From contig FLMG01001432.1 in assembly GCA_900088475.1 (NCBI GenBank), positions 1-40,040 of the forward strand: DNA of 40,040 bases, read 5' to 3'. The position numbers and the translations under genes were made by a program. The notes beneath the pieces are model-generated. The model was given only the letters and a program-made list of their open reading frames with translations. It did no database searches and was not told the origin of the DNA. This document shows, in pieces, positions 10,576-21,700 of the stretch; position 1 is the first letter of the stretch; each line of letters opens with the position of its first letter. The DNA comes from Hyphochytrium catenoides. Lineage: Eukaryota; Protista; Hyphochytriomycota.

Positions 10576-11159
10576 ACCGAAACGATGGGGCGACGACCAG
10601 CAGGTATACAATCAACAAGATGGGGGAAAAGTTAGAGTATGCGCGGCACGTAGAATATGCGAAACCCCGAGGACTGCCTGGCAATACACGAGGTCTGACA
10701 GCTCCGCTTTGTTGGCTCGGCTAGGGCAGACCGCTCTGGCACCAGGTGCAAGGGTCGGTCGCATTGGCTGCAAACAGGAGATACCTCGGGACCCACTGCA
10801 ATCCAAGGCGCCAAGCCCCAACATGTTCCTAAGAGCTGGATGGAGAAGATGCGCCAGGAATATGCTCGCCACGATGCCCTGCGCGGGCCCTCAGATTCCA
10901 AGAAGGAGTGCAAACGCTCCTTCCAAGAGTGCTCTCACTCCGTGGCTGGTACTTTCCAATAGAATGAAGCTTCATCAGTGCCATAGAGATCTGCACAGCG
11001 CCTTCATACGACGGCGGCGCCTTGGCCTCTGATGTGTCCATGATACCTCTCTCCTTCCAATGAAAGGGTCACCGCACCTTAGTGAGCTATGTACTGGCAC
11101 GCTGACCTTCCTCTCTATAGTTCTATCCTCACTCATCCGGACCGTCATCGCTCCGCATA
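10263..11159. repeat. Inverted repeat: arms 10263-10571 and 10849-11159, spacer ~277 bp
   Basis: The reverse complement of arm 2 aligns end-to-end with arm 1 (e.g. gagcgatgacggt.cggatgagtga.gatag, gaaggagagagg.atcatggacacatc, ggcgctgtgcagatct, tgatgaagcttcat.ctattggaaag.accagccacgg), about 80% identity by eye. Confidence 0.9.
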
Positions 11160-11280
11160 CCATCTTTGGGATACCGGAGATAGGAAAGGAGTGGACAGAA
11201 GGGACAAAGGTAGCGCCGCTGCGGCCGAGCTCCACTCTGCGCATTCTTCCGCGTGCAATCATCCGCTCTGCCATGCGCCA
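10849..11280 (+). pseudogene. Decayed plus-strand fragment E of the 2x6-TM family (second arm of the inverted repeat)
   Basis: 10944-10976 GWYFPIE*SFI vs gene 5584-5616 GFFFPADWSFL (22/33 nt identical); TAPSYDG vs VALTYDA; LTFLSIVLSSLIRTVIAPHTIFGI resembles the module end LSLLIFSLRATWRVFIHPDELTFI. Confidence 0.6.
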
Positions 11281-11614
11281 CGTCTCTCTCTCTCTCTCTT
11301 CTTTCTTCTCTCTCTCTCGTCTTTCTCTCTCTCTCTTCTTTCTCTCTCCCTTCTTTCTCTTCAATGCCTTGCCTCTGTCTGTTGGACCTTCTAAAGAGTT
11401 GGAAGATTCCTTACAAGTACGGCTTATGGAAGATAAAAGCCAAGTGAACGTCTTCTATTCTGAATAATACGATATTAGCTGGAAGGAGGAGTGAAAGGTC
11501 ATTAAAGATTGTTACCAGAAGGTCCAACATCTGCCTCTCTCTCTCTCTCTCTCTCTCNNNNNNNNNNNNNNNNNNNNNNNNNNNNNNNNNNNNCGCTCTC
11601 TCTGTCTCTCTCTG

Positions 11615-11653
<39 letters not shown>

Positions 11654-12195
11654 GTTCTCTCTCCCCTTCTCTCCTCTTTCTCTCGCTCCTTGTGTCCTCT
11701 CTCGTCTCCCTTGTCTCCTCCACCTCTCTCTCGCCTCTATATGTGATGTCGTTTGGTCTTTTGGACTTTCCGTCAAACTACTTCTTTCTCTTCTCTCGTC
11801 CATGCCTCCATGCTCTCATTTCTCTCCGCTCCTCGTCAGTCTCGATGGCTTTCTGGTCAGTCCGCGGCTGTCGTCCGTTGCTTCTGATGTTCCTGTCCGG
11901 CAGTGTATACAGCATTTGTTTGCAGAGACAGCGCTGCTGTTACAACTAGCTCCCTGCTCTTCATCAATTTGACTCTCTCTCTCTCTCTCTCGCTTGCTTT
12001 CTTCATCTTTCTCTCTGGCTGAGTCCTCAACCTCTGCTCCCCATCAACCTTATCCAAGCTCAATAGGAGTCACTGACTGAAGACGCTTCTACTCGGCTGC
12101 CGCAGACCCCTCTCTTTGCTCTCTCTCTCTCTCTCTCTTCCTTGTCTCTTACTTAGCACGTTCTCGTTGTTCCTCTCTCTCTCTCTTCACCTACG

Positions 12196-12740
12196 ATGGA
12201 GTTCTTCCACCGGTACTACCGCGCGCGGAAGGACGCGCTGGTCCTCTGCTATAAGGACAGGCAGGAATGGGTCGTCTACTTGGACGGCAAGAACCAGCCT
12301 TTCTTTCACAATCTAAAGACCAAGAAACAGCAGTGGATGCCGCCTCCTGAGCTGCGGACCCACGCGGGAAAGATCATCGTGCCTGACGATCTGAGAGACC
12401 TTCAGGATCTGATTCTGGCGTCTTTCCGCGGAGATCTGTCCTTGGAGAGACCCGAGCGGCCGGAGAAAGAGCTCTTTCCTAATAAAGAAGAGTTCTTGGC
12501 AGCCTACTATGAGATCTTTGCAGAAAAAGACCAGCATTGGGTAGAGGTGAGAGGAAAGGATCGGAGACTACTCTCTCTCTCTCTCTCTATCTATCTGTTT
12601 TCCTCTCTCTCTCCCTCTTTCCCCTCTCTCTCGCGCGCGCTTTTCCCCTTTGTCTCTCTCTATTCTCTGCCTGCTTTATCCCCCTCCATTGATTAGACCC
12701 GCCGTGCTTCGAGGAGATAGTGCTCCTCGTCCTCTAGGGG

Positions 12741-12796
<56 letters not shown>

Positions 12797-13251
12797 CTCT
12801 CCCGCGAGCTTTGCTCTTTATCTAGACTCATTCCTCTAGCCTTTCCCTTGCCTTTCCTCTACTATCTGAAGCCGATTTCTGCTGTCGCTTAACACCAAGA
12901 GTATCTGACCACGTCTCTCACTTCCTCACGAACCAATCCTCTCCTCACTTCGGTTTCCCTCCCTCGAATTCTTCTCCTTCTCTCATCTTTTTCTCTTCTT
13001 TGTCTGCCCTCCCGCCTCACTCTTTTCTCTTGCTATCCGTCTTTGGCTCCCACTGCCCCATCTTCGTGTCGTTCACAGCTCTTCGATCCTCGCACACGGG
13101 GAAAGTACTATTATAATGATGTCACGAAGCAGACATCTTGGTCTCCTCCTTCTTCTTTCCTTCCTTCCTCCACCCACCGCTCGGTTTCCGCAGTCATCCG
13201 TCTGCAGTGCTTCTTCAGGNNNNNNNNNNNNNNNNNNNNNNNNNNNNNNNN

Positions 13252-13282
<31 letters not shown>

Positions 13283-16200
13283 CTCATCTACGCCTTTTGG
13301 CCGATCGCTTTCCGTCTCTCCTCTTACTTGACATTAACGTTCGTCTGTCTTTTTTCCGCATCTGCTCGTCCTTGTGCGGCTATCTCTCTCCCTCCCTCTC
13401 CTGTACACTCTCCCTCTGTATCCTCATTCTCTCTCTTGAACTCTCCCTCTCCCCCTTCTCTCTCCGTGTTCCTCTTCCATCGCTGCTATTCCCTACTCTC
13501 TTCTGCCGAGTCCTCGCTGTCTCTTCACTCTGACTCTATCCCCTCATTCTCTTTTGTATCTCCCTTTCTCAAGCTCCCTTCCTTCCCTTGTCGACTTCGT
13601 CTCTGTCTCTTTCCTCTATGGCGTCTCATCCTTTGCATTTCGCTGCTACTCTTGCAGATGTTTGAGAGAGAGTTCATTCGCAGACTGCAGGCCGAGGACT
13701 TCTGGCGGTCACAGAAAGAGTTACAGTTAATGAGAGAGAATGACAAGCCAGAGATATTGGAAGGAATAGCCAGGAGACAGTCTCTCCTCCAGAGACAGAT
13801 TTCATGGAACAAAGCAACAGTACGGACAGAACGAGACATCGAAGAGAGGGAGCGAGAGTATAGAGAAAAGAGAGATAAGAAGAGCAAAACAAGAGAGATG
13901 CATCTGGAAGCGACGGAGAGAGAAAGAATGAGCGAGGAGGAGAACAAGCAGAAGGCCATCGATAATTTCTGGGGGCTGCAGAAGGCTGACAGCGATAGGC
14001 TCAGGTAAGGCAAAGTAGAGATGATTGAGGAAGGGAATCACTCCTTACATAGCTAGAGAAATGAACTTCAGTTCGGAACTTCTAGAGGATGAGGGGATTG
14101 AGGAAATGAAGGGACTGGAGAAGTATTGGAGGGATAAGGCGACAGTGAGAAAGAGAAGAGAGAGAGAGAGAGATGGAAAAGAGAAAGACTGAGAGTGACA
14201 GAGAGTCAATGCTGGCAATAGAGCCATGAGAGCAATCCGAAGTTGACGAAAAGGAGGACAGGGAACTATAAGCGTGACGTNNNNNNNNNNNNNNNNNNNN
14301 NNNNNNNNNNNNNNNNNNNNNNNNNNNNNGGCCGTTAAGGGAACAAGAATTGATGCTCAGGGAAGACGAAGACACAAGAGAAGCTTCTCTCTGCTTTAGA
14401 CTCGAAGGTGTACATGGGGAATGGGCAAGGAAGGCGGCCAAAGAAAGAAAAGAAAAGGTTGATGCATTCGCTCTCCCTCTCCTTTCTTTCCTTTCCTTAT
14501 ATAACGCCTAGATATCGTTCCCTGGTTCACACTCGTCTCCATCTTGATACCTCGACAGCAAGGCTCGCTCTCTGTCGTGCCCAAACCCTTCCATTGCTCT
14601 CAACTTTTCTCAATCTTTTCCTGACGAATGCGGCTCTTTCCTCTAAGAATGCAGCTTCTCCTCGTCCTGTCTCTAGGCGTCTCGTACCTTTATCATTCCG
14701 CCGCTACTAGCATTAAAGCTTGACCACTGAACTCTCTGTCTCCTTCAGGAAGCGGAGAGTGAGGCCTCTAGAATGAGCGCACAGAAGAAATATCTCGAGC
14801 ACTTTTATAAGACCAAGAATCCAAACTTCGTCTCTTCCTACCAGTGGGCAGCTCACTCCCCCTACTCTCCTCAGCCCAAAGAAGAGGAAAGGAGACAGAA
14901 AAGGACGGAGTTGAAGCTAGAGGAAGATCTCCTCCGGTGGTCTCTGCAGGTGATCACCGGACAAGAGAGTAAAGTGACATTCCATCATCTGCAATCTCTC
15001 CCGGTGACAGCAAAGTCACGGAAAGTGCACGTGGAGCATTTCTTCTCTCCTCTCTCTCCCTCTTCCTCATCTCTCTCGTCGCCACTGCCGACTAAGAACA
15101 AGGAGAGGAAGACATCTTCTCTGGTCCTTCCGGAATCAGTTGAACGGAACGTTAGGGCGCTTCTGTCTGAAGGAGCAGCGGTGGAGCATGAGCCTTCCAA
15201 GGACCTTCCTTTCTCTCTGTCTCTTCCTCCCGAAGCTCAGCAGTCACTGTCAGCCATCAAAGGGAAGGAGGTAAGGAAGAGCGAGTGCCCCAGATCGGTC
15301 TGACATCTCTCACACTCTTCCTGATTCTTCGCATCCCTTCTTTTCTTTAGTGAGTTCATCTCTTGCTAGCCGCCCCAGTTTGTTGCTGTCCCTTACCTCC
15401 TATTGTTGGTCTCGGTTTCTTTCCCTCCGTCTCTCCCGGCAGCATCTCCCCCTAACCAACACTTTCCCCCGGTTCCCTGTTCCTCTGGATAACGCTGTCT
15501 TTCAACACGTGATACTAAATTGCTTTTGTTCTCAACAGCAGAAGAAGGTTAAGAGTCCAGAGAAAGTGCAGGCGCATGCTCGGACTCAGTCAGTCGCCAA
15601 GGTAAAGCCTCCTCTTAGTGCTTTGACCTGCCCTGTGGCTCTGGTCTCCTTCAAGTTGTGCTATCCACTTCTAAACCTCTCGTTCTCTTGCTGTCTACAT
15701 TTTCCATCCGCGATTCTCCTCTCTTTCTCTCTTACTTCTCCTTTACCCTCTTCCCTATCCTCAAATCCTTCTATAGATTCTGGCAAAGCTAGTAGAAGAC
15801 GAAGATGACCAAGAGCGGACCTTCGACAGTCCCCAGCTTCCTCCCATTTCTCCTCGTCAGAACCATCAAACCAACGGAGACGGTGAAAGGAAAGAGAAGA
15901 AAAAGCCTCTTGCGTCTTCGTCAGCTACCCCTTCTTCAGGACATGGAAACAACAGCGCGCTAGGCATTCTCCCTCTCTCACTGCCAATATCCGCTCTGTC
16001 ACCTCCTTCCTCGTCTCTCTCGCCCCCATCTCCTACTCTCTCTCCTCTCTCCCCATCTGCTTCTACTCCCTCGTCTTCTTCTTCTATGGATCCCCAGGAG
16101 GAGGTTGACCGGCTCTCGCGGATATTCTGCTATGTAGATGTAGGACAGGAAGGGAAGATAACTCTAGCAATGCTGGGAGAGATGATAGGCAGGAGAGAAA

Positions 16201-17072
16201 AGCCGCTTCTCTCTCTTATCCTCTCCTCCTCTGCCCTACGTCTCCCATACAAAAGACGGACGCTTCTCAGACTTCTGAGCGTGGCTCTAGAGGAAGAGAG
16301 AGGAAGGAGTGGAAAGGGAGGTCCGGAGACGGAGCAGAGACCCGAGCACGAGCTGCTGGACAACAAACAGTTCATTCAGCTATGCTTGACATTGATAGGT
16401 ACATCACCATCACTTCTTCTCGGCTGCCGGTGCGAAGCGTTGCCTTTCTAACCTTTCTCCCTGTATTTCTCTCTTTCCCACTCCTCTTCTTTCTCTCTTA
16501 CTTTCTTCTCTCTCTCCCTCTCCTTCTCTCTCTGTCTCTTTCGCCTCTATGCAGATCGAGTGGAGACTCCTCGGGGTCAATGGTCACAAGATCGTCCTCC
16601 TTCTCTCTCTAAAGAAGACGAAGCGAAAGAACTCTCGATAGCGCAGCAAATCTATCAGAAAATAGGTGGGAGACAAGTCTCCTGAACGCCTCTCTCTTCC
16701 TCCTCAACAACAGCTTCTATTTGCGAGCAATCTCCTAGTTAGCTCTCTCTCTTCTGCCTCCGAAACCTGCCATTTGTCTCTGACATCCGTCCTCTTGCGT
16801 CTATGCGTCTCTCTTTCCTTCTCTCTCTCTCTGTCTCGGTAGGCAAAACATCACCGGAGAAGTGCCTCCAGCTTCTCCGCTCACGCTCGGACCTGCAACC
16901 GCTTCTTTCTTCTTCATCTGCTCTTTCTTCTCTCCTGTCGCATCCTTTTTTGGCCAAGACTATGCAGTTGTTCTCTCCCTTCGACGGTGAGGCGATGACC
17001 GAAGTGGAGTTCATAGAGATTGTCAGAAATGTGTGGACCATCTGCCAGCTAAACAGGCTTCAGAAGAGCTAG
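12196..17072 (+). CDS. Multi-exon protein with two WW domains, an IQ-like motif, a coiled coil and C-terminal EF-hand-like motifs
   Basis: WW1 EWVVYLDGKNQPFFHNLKTKKQQWMPP; WW2 HWVE|LFDPRTRGKYYYNDVTKQTSWSPP restored by intron 12547-13078; IQ-like AVIRLQCFFR; E/R/K-rich exons 13658-14004 and ~14340-14457; later exons ~14749-15270, ~15540-15601, ~15778-16398 (RIFCYVDVGQEGKITLAML), ~16555-16666, ~16842-17072. Two gaps obscure parts; start not certain. Confidence 0.75.
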
Positions 17073-17121
17073 GGGCGAAAGCAAGAGACAGTGCTAGATC
17101 GGTATGCTAAGACGGAGCGGA

Positions 17122-17174
<53 letters not shown>

Positions 17175-17619
17175 NNNNNNNNNNNNNNNNNNNNNNNNNN
17201 NNNNNCCTTCTGGTGGCAGCTATTCCCTCTCCATCCTCCATTCTTTCCCTTCGTCTTCTGTGCCATGAACATGGAGGCCCCAGCAGAGACCATCGCCACA
17301 GCGCGCCCCTTGAGAAGGAAAAGAGAGAGATTGTGAACGACGGAGGCTGCGCAGAGCCGTTGCCCTACTAATAAGGTAATGACCCTTGAGCTTGTCTCTC
17401 CTGCGGCGTGATGTGTCGCCGTTGACTACTCCTTGGGACATCAGACGCGGAGAAGAGAAAAGAGAAGATAGACTCCAGGGCAGCCTGAGAGTGAAACGTG
17501 TAGCTGTCAGAGTCCAGCAGCAGGACGACAACAGAAGAAGAGGGAGCCAGAGAGAGAAAATAATAAGAGAGGCAGAGGGAGAGAGAGAGAGAGAGGAAAA
17601 GAGAGAGAGAGAGAGAGGA

Positions 17620-17650
<31 letters not shown>

Positions 17651-17910
17651 ACGAAGAGGGAGAAGGAACCAGGAAGCAGCGACGAGGACGCACGAGACAA
17701 TGACCTTTCAAGTGCTCATCCACCATACTAATCAGATATAAAGCTGCAGCGGAGCGAGATTGTTTAATATAGGTACTACTGTTATCGAGAATGATCCACT
17801 TCGCAAAAAGCAAATCTATCTCACCTAGTTCGAGTGCATCAGAACACCTGGGAGAGAGAGAGAGAGAGAGAGAGAGAAAGAAAGAGAGAGAGAGGCAGAG
17901 AGAGTGAGAG

Positions 17911-17947
<37 letters not shown>

Positions 17948-18191
17948 ATGGAGAGGGCCAAGCAGACTAGACCAAGGGCTATACCCACCTTCACGAGCTG
18001 TTGAGAGGAAAGAGCAGGCTTTGACGGCAACCTCCCTCCGCCTTTATAACCTGTATCCTCCTTCCGCTGCCCGCAGCAGCCCCAGCATCTCAACAGACGG
18101 CGGAGAGAGTGAACAGCGATGTACGAGGGCTGCCCAGGCTTGGCACGGTGAGAAAGGGAAAGGAGTAGGGGAGAGAGAGATCGTGATAAGG

Positions 18192-18681
18192 ATGGCAGAG
18201 AAAGATGCAGAGGGCACATTCTCCTTCTCTTTCCTACCTCTGGTGCCTTTCTTGAGTGCACGTCTGGGCATCAGTGAGGAGACTGCTTTCCGTTTGCTGA
18301 TTGTCGGTTCGCTCCTCCTGGTCCTTGGCATAAGATGGCTCCTGCGCTATAGGAGGGATGCCCAAGGTCGGTCTCTTGTTTCTCGCTGTGTCTCTCTCAT
18401 TCTCCATTTCTCGCTGTCTCTGTCCCTCTGTCTCTCTCGCGTTCTCCCTCTACCCTTTCGTCTCTCTTCTCGTTAATTTTACCGATAGCTGTCTCTCCTC
18501 TTTCTCTTAGCGGCGGCGAGGCTTCTTCAGCTTCGGAGACAAGCTTTAGACGCGACCGCAAAGCGCTTGGCGGCACTAGAGAAAGGTGAGTCCGAAGTGG
18601 ACCGAATGCCTCTTAGTCAGTGATTAAGCGCACCGGAGAGACCGGCAAGAGACGATACGGCGGGGCGAAAGGATGAGATAA

Positions 18682-18720
<39 letters not shown>

Positions 18721-21700
18721 CAGAAAGTACATTGAGATAGAGATGTGACGGGAGAAGAATAGGAATAGAACGCGTTTAATTTCAGCTCAACGTGTTGCCA
18801 CAAGAAGGAGAGTGCGCTTGCGAAGGAGGACAGACAGAGAGATAAAAGAGTGAGGAGAAGAGAGAGAGAGAAAAGGGCGAGGGAGAGTAAAAAGAGCGAG
18901 CACACAGAGTGAGAGAGAGAAAAACAAAGAAATACCCTCATCCCTCGCCAGGCTCTCCGACTCACCTATCTCTTACCCTCACCTTTATGCTCTTCTTTCT
19001 CTTCCTCCCTCTGGTTTGCTATGATCTCTCTTTCTCGATAAAGAGTCAAAGACAGAACTGGACCCTCTACCTTATGCGACCGCGAAGTACAACTCGTCTC
19101 TCTGCGTCGCGCACGCAGTCGCTCAGCCTCTCTCTTCCCCAGAGCAGCTACTCGGATGGGAGAAAGGAGAGAGAGAAAGAACAGAAGGCCGTTCTCTCTT
19201 TCCCCAGACTCCTCTTCGACCTTTCCGGCACTGCTTCGATCCCTCTTCCCGCGTTTATAACAGGAAGAATAGACTGATAGTGTGTCACGATATGATGGGC
19301 GGCTACCTGGAGGATCGATTTGTGCAGGTGGCGCTCTCTATCGAGCTTGACACTCTTCTAAGCGTACTCTCTTTCCTCCCTCGCCGTTCCCTGCATAGTT
19401 GTTTTCCTCTTCTCTCACTCTTACTATCTCTATTTCTCGCTCTCTCTTTCTTTCTTTCTTTCTCTCTCGTGCCTCCCTCCCTCTCCCTGCCTCTCTCTTC
19501 TCCTGTCTCGCGATCTGTACCTTTGGCTACTCTCCCTTTCTCCGTCACTCCTTAATTCGACTCTTTCTCTCTCTTTAAGCTGTCTCTCTTGGTCACTCTT
19601 CCAATAGGGCAGCGTGTCTTCAATGCCCTTCTTCCTTTCTCACTGGGAGCTCGTAGATATCTTTATCTACTTCAGTCATCACCTGGTGACCATCCCTCCT
19701 GTTGCCTGGATAAACGTAGCGCATAAACATGGGACAAAGGTAAGGGTTAGGGTTGGATAGAGCCCCAATTTTCCGCCTTTCTTTCACCTCGCATCACCGT
19801 CATTTTGTGTCTCTCTTACTCGCATAGAGTACACTGCCATAATACTCATCTCTTCTGCCGTTTGTCTCTCTCGCTACGGCCGTCCCTCTCCTCTACTATT
19901 CCCATGCCTTGCAACTACCACTCCACTTCTCCTGTCTCAAGGTGCTTGGGACCTTCATCACAGAACATGAAGAAGGAGAGAACACGTGTGCCATGCTCCT
20001 AGGCACCCCTGAAGCTGCACAGAAAACAGCAGAAAAGCTAGTGGACATCTCTGCCTTTTATGGGTTCGATGGCTGGCTCATTAACGTTGAGAATAAGCTC
20101 AGCCCACCCCTATATCAACACTTTTCGCTCTTCTTAAGTACTCTAACGAAGCTCAGCCATGAGAAGGTGCGCATCTACTGCTCTTTCAAAGTGCGTCCTT
20201 CAAGCCGCTCTTCGATCAAGAGCCCTTACTCTAATGTTACGGTGTGGACCTGATGGTAGAACTGGCCACGTACAGTGTGCTATCGCTGGCATTAACCACC
20301 TATACCCTGCTTAGGGTAACAACTGTCACAAGTCGTCCTATTGCTTTATCTCTCCCCGGCATATAGTTTGCACTCCTCTCTTGGTCGTTCGCGTGCTTTT
20401 CCCTCGTGCGAGGAAGTAGTCAAATTCTTCCTCGTGTCGTCGGGGTTTTCAACCTCCCCTAACTTTATCGGGTATAGGTCCCTGGCTCTGAGATTATCTA
20501 CTATGATAGTCTCTCGAAAGACGGAGAGCTCGATTGGCAGGACCGCCTCTCGCCCTCGAACCTGTCCCTATTCTCACTGGTGGATGGCATCTTCACTAAC
20601 TACACTTGGAAGAAGGAGTATCCAGCGGTATGAAAGCTCAGCGCAGAAGGGAGAAAAGAGAAGAGAGAGAGAAAGGAGAGAGAGAGACTATAGTGAGAGT
20701 TCCCACCAAGATGTCGACAATGGCCCCAAGTGGAAAAGTAGGGGAAAGAGGGACGAGCTGACGAAAGGTGCCCTAACCTCCTCCCTGTCTAGTCTTCAGC
20801 TGCCCTTGCCGGTCCGCGTCGTTACGATGTGTACCACGGGATAGACTGCTTCGGCCGAGGGACCTACGGTGGGGGAGGGTTTGACACAAATAAGGCCTTG
20901 GATGTCATCCTTAATGCAGGTAAGACGACGCTGCCACTAGGACATTGACGACTCTTCCCTCTTCCTCTCGCTTTTTTTCTCTTAGAATGTTCCACGTAAC
21001 TCTCTGAACATGCCCTAACTTCCCCTTCGGCCCTGCGATTTCCTAATACTCTATCACTATATATAAGGCGTGTCCGTCGCTATTTTCGCCCCTGGCTGGG
21101 TCTATGAACGCCTCTCAGCAGAAGAGAGAACGAGATCATTCCTCACAGATCAGGTTTGGAGGCCACCGTAAATTTCTGTTCTGCAGACGTTCTATTATAC
21201 CTTCTGGTGATGTGCCTCTCCTTTGTTCCCTCCTAGTCTCTTCTCACTTCTGCCTGACGTTTTGTCCCACAGTGCCGCTTCTGGGGTATGATAGCTGACG
21301 TCTGGAGGAAGAAGCGAGTCTTTTATAAAAGAGGGGAAGCTCTCTTTTACTCTTCTTTTGACTATGGTTGGGGAAGAGGGATTTGGAGAGAGGGACAGCT
21401 TCTCTCCTCTTCAATGCTGCTAAACGCCCCGAGCACCTCCTCCCCTTCTCCTTACTGGTTCAACCTGAGTGCGGCAGGGGTTCAACCATCCCCTGCCTAC
21501 ATTGCAGGCGCTAGGCAGACATCCGCTAATGGGAAGTCAATGGTCCGCGCTAAGATCACTCAAGACTTCAGCTTCAATGGAGGCTCCAGCCTCTATTTTC
21601 AGGTATGAAAAGGCATAACAACGCTCATTATTCGTCTATCTGGACACACAAGCAACATCCGCTCTGGTCACCGACTTTAGTCCTTTCCTCTCTTTTTCCC

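Noticed and set aside
10444-10976. TGA aligned with Trp in several relics, suggesting a UGA=Trp genetic code
   Set aside because: TGA serves as a normal stop in intact genes (8942, 24029, 37082), conserved Trp codons are TGG, and the relics also carry TAA stops and frameshifts
10263-11159. MITE or DNA transposon with terminal inverted repeats
   Set aside because: The arms translate to motifs of the neighbouring host gene, homology continues beyond arm 1, and I saw no target-site duplication or transposase; not fully excluded
17300-18130. Small spliced minus-strand gene divergent from ENGASE
   Set aside because: Splice-like signals exist, but every join I tried hit a stop; it could be a non-coding transcript, which cannot be supported from sequence alone
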